Shown here one piece after another: positions 26,280-38,952 of a DNA stretch of 64,000 nucleotides. The stretch spans positions 45,198,001 through 45,262,000 of the forward strand of contig OX597833.1 of the NCBI GenBank assembly GCA_951406725.2. Direction: 5' to 3'. Below the pieces are notes generated by a model. It saw only the letters and a program-made list of their open reading frames with translations, did not search any database and was not told the origin of the DNA. How positions within the stretch are numbered: position 1 is the stretch's first letter; each line of letters begins with the position of its first letter. This stretch comes from Octopus vulgaris (Eukaryota). The position numbers and the translations under genes are program-made.

Positions 26280-26870
26280 TGTTCCCAGACAGCAGCTAGC
26301 TAAAGAATTGAGACCGAAGTGGGAGGGTCTTCTCAGGAACCTCATATCATCAGACTTCTTGGTCCATTGTCATTTCCTCCGTGAGGCTCAATATCTTGAG
26401 ATCGGCTCAAACTACTTCGTCCCATATCTTCCTAGGTGTCCCACTTCCCCAGGTTCTATCCACTTTAAACGATCAGTACTTTTTTTTATACAGCTATTGT
26501 TATTTATGCGCATCACATGTCCAAACCATCATAGTCTTTTCTCTTGCAAGCTATATCTGATTCTTCTTATGCCTAACTTTTCTATCCACGCATTTGCACT
26601 TTGTGGTCCCTGCACTCTGATGTTACACATTCATTGAAGCATACTAGCTTCATTCCTCTCCAGTCTTTGTAGTCTTCTGCATTCAGGGCCCACGTCACAC
26701 TAACATAAAGCATAGTCGTTCGTACGCAGATATCATACAATCTGCTTTTCACTCTGAGAGAGAAGCCTTTTGTTGCCAACAGAGATAATAGCTCCCTGAA
26801 CTTTCTCCATCCGATTCTTATTCCAACAACTATGCTTTCAGGGCATACTCCTCCACTATTAATTTGGTCA
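26280..26870 (-). mobile_element. RTE-like LINE 3' fragment
   Basis: KGFSLRVKSRLYDICVRTTMLY motif; degenerate. Boundaries approximate. Confidence 0.7.
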
Positions 26871-27069
26871 CCTATTATTATGGAGATAATAATGATAATG
26901 GAACACCCCCTCCCACATGACGAGTGGTATGTGGTAGTCGTTACAAATACTGTGATGTCGAGAATTCGGGGTAGTCGGTCATAGATAATCGTGCCTTACT
27001 TGTCTAACTAACTATACTGCTATACCGAAGTGGACGTTGCAACAGTCCGATGTCGAATTACAATACCTA

Positions 27070-28064
27070 TGTAACAGAAACTATCATAGGCGCAGGAGTG
27101 GCTGTGTGGTAAGTAGCTTGCTCCTAGGCATTTGAGAAATTGCCGTGAGTCTTTAGTGTTTATTGTTCCTGTGCATGTCACATACTTAGGCGACTTTTCC
27201 TGCATTTTTATGTGTCTATATCTTGCACTGGGTTCCACGAATGGAATTCCTTCCAACACTTTTTCTACATACTGACAGGCCGTCAAGTATACAAAGTATA
27301 TGTGAGTGCAAACATGGATGTATGCGTTAAGCACGGAGCATTGAAAGAGTCTATAATTTGACGTTAGAAGAATGTTCAGACACAAGGATGATAAATACCA
27401 GTTCGTGGTCAAGGTACACGATAGCTGAAGTGTTGTAACAAGAAGTTGAGGCTGCAATGCAGAACCAATTGAGGCATATGTCGTTTGGGGAGCTGTGGAT
27501 ACCATGCAGAGCCGGTTACTTGCTACAGGAGTTCTCGCAGGTAGTGTTGCTGTTAACCATGGTGATGTAATTCACGAACAGTGAGGAGATAGAACCTGTG
27601 CAAGTGCTGCTAGTTGCTGTGTTCGTAGAGAGATGTTGTTGACGACGTTAAGACGGAGGAGACAGAGATGGAGGTCCTGAATGCTGCTGGACGAAGTTGA
27701 GTCTCTATGTGGCTGCTGGTGTGTTGTCGCTGGAACTAGCTGTGTGCTCTGTGGTTAGTGGTTAGACCTAAAAAGGTATTGAACCGAAAGACGTCAACTC
27801 AAAGTGTCGCTAGAGTTTATAGTGAACAGTCGGCTCAAATTGAGGTTTAGAAGAGACTGTCTCACGTGACCTTATCAGAAGGTTGCGAATGGTTGAGTCG
27901 CACATTGGCGCGCAACAGAGCAAGAGAGAAAAATACACCAATACCAACCAATCAGCGTAGTGGACACAACAAGGTCCAAAAGGGTCTCCGAAGGCTAGCT
28001 GTTATCTACTACGTTCGTACTTATGTATATATAAGAGAGAGAGAGAGAGAGAGAGTCCGCTACA
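27070..28064 (-). mobile_element. Possible LTR-retrotransposon remnant
   Basis: TG..CA-bounded segment ~27805-28064 and an RT-like TKDSRQFL peptide. Highly decayed; no PBS identified. Confidence 0.3.
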
Positions 28065-29629
28065 GGCTGTAACTGTGGTTGATGGGCAATTGGAAATTGT
28101 TTAGGCAGCGTTTTGTTCTCATTTATAGCTATGTTAAGATAAAGATTTATGTAGTAATTTTGCAATACCACGTCAGCATTTGAACATAATTTATTGCATT
28201 GCTTCAATATGAAAAGATGTTCATGTATTATATACTTAATGGAAACAGTAAGGTGAAAATAACATAACATGCAAGGGAAATGTCTGTTCGAAATTTAACA
28301 CTTGGACTGGTTTTGACATATCAAATAAATATACAGGCACCGTGTCGGGTCTTCTTCTTCTTCGACATTCTCGATTGAATATGCAGCCGTTAGAACAACT
28401 AGAGGGAAAGAGAGAGAGAGAGAGGGGGGAGTGAGAGTGTAATTCGAATTCGTCCTAAGACACTCTAAATTTGACGAGAGTGAAGATCATCATACCGGCT
28501 CAGACATCTTAACACTGCGAAATTACTGAGTTGACTCTGTGACTCAAGTGTGATTCCTCCGCTCATTATACTCTGATTCTGGGTAGGAAAGAAAAACGCG
28601 AAATTACTGAACAAGAAGAATCAGTTCCTCACAAAGTACGTTCACGCCAAAAAATAAAAATAGAAATAAAAAAAATACAAATTACGATGAAAGACAACCA
28701 AAGTGGAGTCAGCTCATCCGGAAGAATTCATGACTGGGCGATTATTAGCAAAAATAATTTATATTTTAATTAATAATTTATAAGCAAAAATAATAACCTG
28801 GTCATTATGGTAAAGCTGATGACGTACTTGAAGGAATAGAACTTGAATCTTATACGAGGAAGATCAAGAGAAATAGTTGTGTTGAGTGGAGTGTGATGCC
28901 TATATTTTGGGGATATCAGAGGGAAATTCTTTGCTCTTTTGCTGTGAAAGTGGTCACTCTTTGAGTTGCAACGCTTGTCAGAGATGTTCTTACAAGAATG
29001 GGGCAAATAAACCATTTCATATCACTTGTGTCCTTAATACTCTGGAGCGGAGAGTGAAAGAAGAAAAAAGAAAAGAAAGAAAAAGAAAGCATAAACATGA
29101 CTGAATCTAACAAATTTGAAAGTATTTTTCATATCGAAGGAATCGATGATAAAAGCGTTACGACCGGCGAACGAACTTAGTACAAGTAGCGGACGGGCAT
29201 TTTACTTAAGCATTCTGAATTTGAAGACACACCGATATTCTTATTGTTTTATTGGGATCATCGACCTAAATAAAACTGCATTATCGGTGTGCGAGACGAA
29301 TATAAAAAATAGAAACATCTATTTCCTGTGTATCTTTCTGATTCCAATGTATTTATAACACGTAACTTATATGACGCCAAAACGATTTTTATAAAACGTA
29401 ATAATATTATTACTGTTATATCTAAATTTGCACAGGGACACGTATTCATACGTAACCGCACGTAACCTTCGCAACGCTAATAACAAACAGGAGGAGTAAA
29501 CATTGGTTATGAGATGAAATGTTTTGCCGGGTGTAGGCAGTCTTTTACGAACTGATGTATCGTGAGTGTCGGGTATGCCTTTTGTATACATTTCTTCCCC
29601 CACCTCTCTCCCTCATTCTCTCTCTTTCT

Positions 29630-29672
<43 letters not shown>

Positions 29673-29758
29673 TTTGACTTTGATCACTTTGACCGACCAG
29701 TCCGTCAGGCGTCCATTTGACATCGCTGGTCACAGCACGCTGTCCACTCCTCTCTGGA

Positions 29759-29849
<91 letters not shown>

Positions 29850-29850
<1 letters not shown>

Positions 29851-30120
29851 TTTATTTAAAAGCAGCAGAAATTCAACAAAACCTGTTACTCGGAGTTTCA
29901 CGTTCCCGTTTGTCGGACAGTTTTTGTTAAAAAAAAAAAAAAAAAAATATATATATGGTAGAGCTCCATTTTTTTTAAAAACTGTCCGAACGGTAACGTG
30001 AAACTCCGAGTAACAGGTTTTGTTGAATTTCTGCTGCTTTTAAATAAAGCATATTACTCTACTCCTGATATTTGAGTACTCTTTTTCCACCTTGTTTCAC
30101 ATTTATGTGTTTACTCCGGT
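29850..30120. mobile_element. Penelope-like inverted terminal-repeat pair in (TA)n with hammerhead-like motifs
   Basis: Inverted arms ctttatttaaaagcagcagaaattcaacaaaacctgttactcggagtttcacgtt. Further copies at 31846-31990 (+) and 32371-32489 (-). Confidence 0.6.
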
Positions 30121-31985
30121 ATATATATACGCACCCGCGCGCGTGCGTGTATAATATCTGTCTATCTAATTCGATATATATAAACAATTTATTTACAAGA
30201 TAGTATAGAGTAATATATTTATCTTATAGTCAAACTTATTTTCAGCTATGTGTGTGTATGTATGTATTTATGTATGTATGTACATGATATATATTATTTG
30301 GTGTCATCGATCAATTTATAGAAAAGAGCAAAAAATTTACTGATGGTAGAACTCCATATATTTAACAGAAGTTAACTCCAAATGTGATTTCCTGTTTCGT
30401 TATATTGGTGCGATAAAAAATCCCCACAAAAAACGAAATTAGAAGTCACATTATATAACTGTGTGTATAATGACATACATACATACATAGAAAAATACCC
30501 TGTTGATGTTGAAATTCCAATGAAGGAGCCTCGGATCTATGTTAGAAACCGGCTCTTTCTCTATTAGCAAGAAATCTTAAAATAAAACTGAAACACACAC
30601 ACACACACATGCATATTTTCTTACGCACTTTCAGTTAAGTCAGAACGTCAATATTTTAACTTCATATATTACGTTCACTAAATCTGAATAGATTATTTCT
30701 AGTACTTTGTTGATAGTTGTTCCCATTCGTATGCTTTGCACGCTGAGATCATTAAAAATACATTATCTAAAAGCATTAGAATACATTATAATATCTGAAC
30801 ATCCAAAACGCATCGTTTATTTATAAGTTGCTCAGAAGCTGAAAGTTAAACACGGGATGCCAGTCAGTCTTTGACTGGAGCTCCCTTTAGCTTCAATGAC
30901 CATCGGAATACGTCCTTGAAAAAGTAGCAATCAAGAAAAGAAGTAATAATAATTTCAAGTTTTGGAACAGGCCAGCAATTTGAAAGGACGGAGTTGATTA
31001 CATCTAGCACGTCATTTTATGGACTCCGACATAAATGCTGCTAAGCATTTCGTCCGACGCGCTAACTAGCTTTTCCACCTTAAAAGAAGCAACAGTTATT
31101 TAAAAAAAATTTTGGCTCAAGAGAAGAAATTTTACGTGGACGGTTTTGGGCAATTTCTTTGAACTCAGTACTTGAGTGTTTGTGTGTGTTTAATCGATCC
31201 CGTAAGGATGAAGTGCAAAAATTCACTGTGGCCAGATTTGAATTCAGACCGTAAAGAGTGGAATGCTGCAAAGTATTTTGTCAGACTTGCGAACGATTGT
31301 CTGTCTGTCAGTTTGTTTGTCTGTCTGTCTGTCAGTCAGTCAGTCAGTCAGTCTGTCTGTCTGTCTGTCTGTATGTATATATATATATATATCCATATCT
31401 ATCTATCAATCTATCTATATCTATCTATCTATCTATATATATATATATATATATATACACATAAATATGGGGATAAGCAAATTAGATCAATATATAAAGT
31501 TTATTAGATACATGAAATACAGAATATGCATACATGTATACATATAAAAAGGGCCAATTTACACAGAGTAGAAATGATATAGAAAAGTAAAGGAGTGAAA
31601 TAAAGATACTACAAATCCAACAGCTGTTTCTGGGGTCTCGACGATCCTTAATAATGTTTGTAGATTAATTCCATCAGAAAATGCGGCCTTTTGGGTGCCT
31701 TTAACATACGGCCGCATTCTCTGATGTAATTAATCAATTTGCTTCTATATCCGCTCAAGTTAGAATATTTTGGGCACTACAAAGTGTATTCTATATGGAG
31801 AACATCTGAATCTCATCCATGATATATATATATATATATACATATTTCGTCCGACGAACGGGAACGTGAAACTCTGAGTAACAGCTTTTGTTATATTTCT
31901 GCTGCTTTTAAATAAAGCATATTATTCTACCTCTGGTATTTGAGTACTCTTTTTTCCACTTTGTTTCACATTTATGTGCTTACTC

Positions 31986-31989
<4 letters not shown>

Positions 31990-32053
<64 letters not shown>

Positions 32054-32142
32054 GTATATATATGTATATATATGTATATATATGTATATATATGTATATA
32101 TATGTATATATGTATATATATGTATATATATGTATATATGTA

Positions 32143-32206
<64 letters not shown>
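31990..32206. repeat. Compound (TA)n / (TATATATATG)n microsatellite
   Basis: Seen directly. Confidence 0.95.
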
Positions 32207-32208
<2 letters not shown>

Positions 32209-32899
32209 CGTAGGCGTGACTCCAAGGTTAGAAGCCTGCTTTACAACCATATGGTTCAGGCTTCGGTCCCATTGCGTGGCACCTTCCGCTAGTGTCTTCT
32301 ACTATACCCTCGGGCTAACTAAAGTCTTGTGAGTAGATTTGGTAGACGGAAACTTATATATATATATATACCGGAGTAAGCACATAGATGTGAAACAAGG
32401 TGGAAAAATGAGTACTCAAATACCAGAGGTAGAGTAATATGCTTTATTTAAAAGCAGCAGAAATATAACAAAAGCTGTTACTCAGAGTTCGTGCTTGTAC
32501 AGATGTGTAGCACACGCTCGTCGGATTTTCGTTTTCGTGCAAGATGACTGAACGCCTAGAGTAGTGACCATAAACCTATGTCTCATTAACAGTGCTGGCA
32601 GCCTTCATGAAGTTCTGGGTCCTGGTTTGCGCAGTCAAACATTTCCTCTGCGATATCCATGCGGAGTTGCTTCTGCTGTTCCTCCAGCATCCTGAGGGAA
32701 TTTTGCGGACGCTCACCGCATGCACATATCCTCCGTTAAAATGCAATGTACTGATCCTCTGTTTATTCCCACTTCGTGAACAATTTCCTGGATTGTTAAT
32801 CACGGTCTTCCATGATTATTCGCCGAACATTCTCAATTGACTCCTCGCTCCGGCTTGTAGATGGTCTTCTTGCCTGAGCGTGCCTCGCTCTCCACTAAA

Positions 32900-33265
32900 G
32901 TATAGCTACGTCTAAAGCGGTTGTACCATTCTTTGATTTGAGTTTTGCCTTTGGCATCATCGCCAGAGGCTTACTGAATCTTCTGGATGGTTTGAGCATG
33001 AGTATCGTCAAGGTTTTGGCAAAACATGATGCAATACCTCTACTCAATGGTTGCTGCTGGAAGGCCATATGTATGGCAGCAGGATTCAGCTCCTCTCCAT
33101 ACTTCCAGAAAAATGTCAGAAGCGGTTGTTGGAGAATTTTTACGGTTTCACTAGCCACAATTTCTGGCCTCCTAATTTCTCCCGATTCTAATCCCATAGA
33201 TTACTGTGTTGGGGATGCGGTTGAGAAAAATACCAACCATCTGCCTGCAACACCAAAGCTGAGAT
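32900..33265 (+). mobile_element. Tc1/mariner-superfamily DDE/D transposase fragment
   Basis: Frameshifted QQDSAPLH...FWPPN.PDSNPIDYCV motif. Confidence 0.65.
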
Positions 33266-33567
33266 GGTAATCAAAGTGGCGAGCTGGCAGAATCGTTAGC
33301 ACGTCGGGCGAAATGCTTAGCGGTATTTCGGCTGCCGTTACGTTGTGAGTTCAAATTCTGCCGAGGTCGACTTTGCCTTTCATCCTTTTGGGGTCGATAA
33401 ATTAAGTACCAGTCATGCACTGGGGTCGATGTAATCGACTTAATACCTATGTCTGTCCATGTTTGTCCCCTCTATGTTTAGCCCCTTGTGGGTAATAAAG
33501 AAATAGGTAACCAAGATCAGTGAGGTATTTGAAGATCTATAGTAGTTGAAAACTTGGCTAGGTGACT

Positions 33568-33780
33568 CTAGTATCCGAGAACAAAGCTGTCACATGGCTT
33601 AGTATAAGCTCTCCATACTTTCAATAGACTTTGGTAACATTGCTTCATTTCCTTAAGGGTAGTTTTGTTCATGAGGAGCTGTTCGGTACAGCTCCATACT
33701 TCATTCTTTCCTCTTCCTTGCTCATCTGTCACCATGTTATGTGTTTCGAAGTGATCCTGGGGAAATGCGTTCAAGCATGC
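33568..33780 (-). mobile_element. R4/Dong-like non-LTR RT fragment
   Basis: EQGRGKNEVWSCTEQLLMNKTTLKE resembles the EQKGC..G..GCKEQLLID RT motif. Confidence 0.5.
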
Positions 33781-34250
33781 TATGCAGCTTTTTTTTTTTT
33801 TATCAAATAAGATTTCTGGTTTTTAGGTACGAGTGTTGTACGAGCAAGTATCGTCAGTCAGTGTGGCATAGCGAGTTCATCGTTCATCGAGCAGGTTGAA
33901 GGGTGATACTCTGTAGAACGTGAACTGTCTCATTAGTTTTACAACAACGATCTGGATAGTTTGACTGGTGATATTTTAGAAAAGGCTGGCAGAATCATTA
34001 GTATGCCAGGCAAAATGTTCAGCGATATTTCGTCCATACTCTTACTCTTTACTCTTTTACTTGTTTCAGTCATTTGACTGCGGCCATGCTGGAGCACCGC
34101 CTTTAATCGAGCAACTCGACCCCGGGACTTATTCTTTTGTAAGCCCAGTACTTATTCTATCGGTCTCTTTTGCCGAACCGCTAAGTAACGGGGACATAAA
34201 CACACCAGCATCGGTTGTCAAGCAATTCTAGGGGGACAAACACAGACACA

Positions 34251-34316
<66 letters not shown>

Positions 34317-35070
34317 TATACATATATATACATATATATACATATATACGACGGGCTTCTTTCAGTTTCCGTCTACCAAATCCACTCACAATGCTTTGGT
34401 CGACCCGAGGCTATAGTAGAAGACACTTGCCCAAGATGCCACACAGTGGGACTGAACCCAGAACTATGTGGTTCATAAGCAAGCTACTTACCACACAGCT
34501 ACTTCTACGCCTTGGCGGGCAGGTGACAAAAGGGAGCAACAGGCTATGGAAAATCATCCATAATGAACCCTGTCTGACCCATACAAGCTTGGAAAAGTAG
34601 ATATTTAAAAATATCATTAATATAAAATAAGACATATAATACACCAAGCAAATAAGTATTAAGGATGTCCAGATATTAGTGCATTATAGGGATCTTTTCA
34701 CTCACAAGGCTTTGGTCGGCCCGAGGCTATAGTAGAAGACACGTGTCCAAGGTGCCACGCAGTGGGACTGAACCCGGAACCATGTGGTTGGTAAACAAGC
34801 TACTTACCACACAGCCACTCCTGCGCCTACACAGCCACTCCATCTTCACGTTCTGAGTTTAAATTCCGCTGAGGTCTTTGGCATTCATCCTTTTGTGGTC
34901 AATAGATTAAATACCAGTTGAGTATGGGGTTCGATGTAAGCGACTGATCCCCTCCCCCAAATTTCCGGCCTTGTGCCTATAGTAGAAAGGATATTTTAGG
35001 ATATTTATTTGTACAGTACATATTCCGTATCTAATTTAATTTAACCACAGTGTACTGTGACTGTATAGTG

Positions 35071-36065
35071 CAGGGGTCGCCAAAGGAGGTCTGAGGGACC
35101 CCCTAGGCGTCGGCGTGGAATTACAGGGGGTCGATGATAAGCAAGGGGTCGAATGGGGGTCGGCCTGCGAAAGACCAGCTCACCCAGATTAATTGCTTAA
35201 AATAGTTAGTCAGCGCCATGATCATCCCTCACATCAATGTTGTTAATTTCAATGAAAGATATTCCAGTAATATGTTGCGTTTTTCACATTTTCTAACCGT
35301 GAAAACAACTTCATAAAAATTGAAAGTTCAGTGCTATGTACTCGTACACGTAGTTTTAAATGTAAAAAGTCAGTCATCCTCAATAGGATTTCTTAATTTG
35401 TCGTACATGTATATTTTAGCTAACATTTTAATTGACAGCATCAGTATCCGGTACGCATTTAAAATATGGTAGGATAGGGTAGGGTATTAAGATATTTTAA
35501 ATGAGGAGGGTGGTTAATGTGGAAGGAGAAGTAGCTAAAGAGGGTCGATGCTGAAGGAGAAGTGGATAAAGGGGGTCGATGCGGAAGGAGAAGTGGATAA
35601 AGGGGTCGATGCGGAAGGAGAAGTGGATAAAGGGGGTCGATGCGGAAGGAGAAGTGGATAAAGGGGTCGATGCGGAAAGAGAAGTGGATAAAGGGGGTCG
35701 ATTCTGAAGGAGAAGTGGATAAAGGGGGTCGATGCGGAAGGAGAAGTGGATAAAGGGGGTCGATGCAAAAGGAGAAGTGGATAAAGGGGATCGATGCGGA
35801 AGGAGAAGTGGATAAAGGGGTCGATGCGGAAGGAGAAGTGGATAAAGGGGGTCGATGCGGAAGGAGAAGTGGATAAAGGGGATCGATGCGGAAGGAGAAG
35901 TGGATAAAGGGGGTCGATGTGGAAGGAGAAGTGGATAAAGGGGATCGATGCGGAAGGAGAAGTGGATAAAGGGGTCGATGCGGAAAGAGAAGTGGATAAA
36001 GGGGGTCGATGCGGAAGGAGAAGTGGATAAAGGGGGTTGATGGTCAAAAAAGATTGGTGACCCTG
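35071..36065. mobile_element. hAT-like non-autonomous element carrying a minisatellite
   Basis: TIR caggggtcgccaa / ttggtgaccctg; degenerate 8-bp TSD gtatagtg / gtacagag. Confidence 0.65.
35520..36040. repeat. 30-31 bp G-rich minisatellite, ~17 copies
   Basis: Unit gataaagggggtcgatgcggaaggagaagtg. Confidence 0.95.
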
Positions 36066-37101
36066 GTACAGAGTATTTACTTTCCAGGTCTTTTCTCAAA
36101 ATAACTGTAAATCGTTCTGGGGTAGTGGTGTGTGTGGTTTCTGATCTTGATACGGCTTTTCAAGGTACGTTATACCGCCTGCGGTTTAATGTAAACTTGC
36201 AAGTTTAGGCGCAGGAGTGGCTGTGTGGTAAGTAGCTTGCTAACCAACCACATGGTTCTGGGTTTAGACCCACTGCATGGCATCTTGGGCAAGTGTCTTC
36301 TGCTATAGCCCCGGGCCGAATAATGCCTTGTGAGTGGATTTGGTAGACGGAAACTGAAAGAAGCCTGTCGTATATATGTATATTTATATATATATATGTA
36401 TGTGTGTGTTTGTGTGTCTGTGTTTGTCCCCCTAGCATTGCTTGACAACCGTCTGGTGTGTTAACAACACTGGTGTGTTAACGTCCCCGTCACTTAGCGG
36501 TTCGGCAAAAGAGACTGATAGAATAAGTACTGGGCTTACAAAGAATAAGTCCCGGGGTCGATTTGCTCGACTAAAGGCGGTGCTCCAGCATGGCCGCAGT
36601 CAAATGATTGAAACAAGTAAAAGAGTAAAAGAGTAAGTTATCATCCTACGTTCTGCTAGAGTCTTAAGACAATTTTTTGTTTGTTTCTACGTTAGTTGTC
36701 CGTGTTTAAAGGCAATTAACTTACCTGTTAGTATCTTGTAAAACCATAGATAATTTATCATAAAGTCGCAGTTATTGGTTCTCTTTTACTCTTTTACTTG
36801 TTTCAGTCATTTGACTGCAGCCATACTGGAGCACCGCCTTTAGGCGAGCAAATCGATCCCAGGACTTATTCTTTGGAAGCCTAGTACTTATTGCCGAACC
36901 GCTAGGTTACGGGAACGTAGACACACCAGCATCGGTTGCCAAGTGATGTTGGGAGGACAAACACAGACACACAAACATATATATATATATACATATATAC
37001 GACGGGCTTCTTTCAGTTTCCGTCTACCAAATCCGCTCATGTTGTCTTGTCAATTGTCAGTTGGGAAGAGAAAGCTAATGGGTTGTGCGTGCGTGCTTGT
37101 T

Positions 37102-37145
<44 letters not shown>

Positions 37146-37603
37146 GGCGTGCGTGCGTGTGTGTGTGTGTGCGCGTACTTATTCTTCTGTGTATATGTGT
37201 GTCTGTTCTGTTTTTTTAGTATTTATATGTTGTGGAATGTAGAAATAACAGAGAGAGAGAGAGAGAGAGAGGAACAAGCACGCACGCACAATCTATTAGC
37301 TTTCTCTTCGCAACTAGACAACATGACAAGACAACATGTGGTCACTGCAATGACCGATTAAGTGTTTACATTATTCCGAGTTAAAACGAAAGGTTGCCAG
37401 TTATTTTTTGTAACTTGATCGATCACAGATACCATTAAGTCAGTAGGTTTCCTATCGATTCGAGTTATAATCGTTCTTTCATGTAACTGTTCTAGTAAAC
37501 AGCAACGATATGTTTATATTTACATACATACATAAAAATAGTTACAAATCGATCGCAATTATCACTAACTATAAGGAGCATGGAATACAAAGAAAAAATA
37601 CAC

Positions 37604-37685
37604 TGGCAGCGATGGGATTCGAACCCACGCCTCCGAAGAGACTGGTGCCTAAAACCAGCGCCTTAGACCACTCGGCCACGCTACC
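37604..37685 (-). tRNA. tRNA-Leu(TAG), 82 nt
   Basis: GGTAGCGTGGCCGAGTGGTCTAAGGCGCTGGTTTTAGGCACCAGTCTCTTCGGAGGCGTGGGTTCGAATCCCATCGCTGCCA. Full cloverleaf with long variable arm; T6 terminator downstream. Confidence 0.97.
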
Positions 37686-38195
37686 ACTTGTGTTTTGGCA
37701 TCATGAATAAATATGTCATGATTAAGCTAAACAAACGTGGTGCAATTCTAAGCTGTTATGTTTCCATATCACGTGGTTTACTCATTCAATGACCGGGTTA
37801 TTTATTACATATAGGAAGCTAGTGTATTTTCGTTTTTCACCCAACACATTTCACGTTTTACACTTTCGAGTCAACACTAGCTTGACAATCTTAATGACTG
37901 TATCTCAATTCAGAATTTTCGAACCAAGTTACCATTGATCTTTATCCTTTATGACACAAAAGTTGATTTATTATATCATTTATTTACTCTTTTACTTGTT
38001 TAAGTCACTGGTTAATTTATGTTTAGTAATTATAGTTAGATGTATAACTGAAGTGTTAAAGCGAAAGTAGAGTGAAACTTGGAAGTGAAAAGCGATTGAG
38101 AAAATTAGGCGAAATGCGAAATAATATTAGGGACCTTTTAGGATCGAAATCAGTAGATTTCGTCTGATTGAATCTTGCTGTAGAAAGACCTAAAT

Positions 38196-38952
38196 CAGGG
38201 ATTCTCAATCATTTTTTACTTATGAACTCATTTGATTGCTATTTTATTCTAGTGTCTCCCCACTCCCATAGTCATACAATGTTTAAAACCTAGTTTTATA
38301 GATATTTCTTTCAAAATTCCTATTTTGTTTTTCACACATTAACTTGTGTAGGTTGAACTATGTAAATTGTTAGAGAAAGAAACCTAGATGTTTCTTTGCA
38401 ATGCATACCTAAACAGACATCTAAAGCAAAAGTTTTTTCAGGGTCTTCTCAAATAACTATTGTGGAACCACAACCTACTATTTTGTTGCGTGGACTCCCA
38501 AAACTGGAATCTTTTCGGTTTGAACGGCAGTTTTTTTCTAGCGGTGTCATATGAAATTGTCACCCATAATTATGACCCTAATATCGATCTATTGCATTTC
38601 AATCTGTTTTAGGGTTAGGGGTGGTGGGAAGGGTATCTTTTTTTCTTCAGAAATGTAAATAAACCCAATCTATTTCTTAAACGAGGGACATATTCATACG
38701 GCACAGAATGTTTTTTACCTCAATAGAAGTCATTGATTGGTTGAAATTGCAGAATTTGAAGAAAAAAACCCAACAAATATCTTACAAACTATAGAATCTT
38801 TTGAATAAAGCCAAGAGAAAAAGATGTTGTATAAACACATTCTACCAGTATACGAAGTTTAAAAGTGTTTAGTTACGTGGAAATTATTTTTAAAAAACTG
38901 CCGTTCAAACCGAAAAGATCCCAAAAATGTTATATGGACCCCAGTTCCACTG
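38196..38952. mobile_element. hAT non-autonomous element with a nested Merlin-like MITE (38507-38921)
   Basis: Outer TSD acctaaat on both sides; inner TSD caaaactg / caaaaatg. Confidence 0.8.

Noticed and set aside
29566-32332. IYIYIY- and VCVC-type ORFs
   Set aside because: Microsatellite translations.
35497-36099. 200-aa and 170-aa repetitive ORFs, or a CRISPR-like array
   Set aside because: Translations of a spacer-less tandem minisatellite; no unique spacers and no cas genes.
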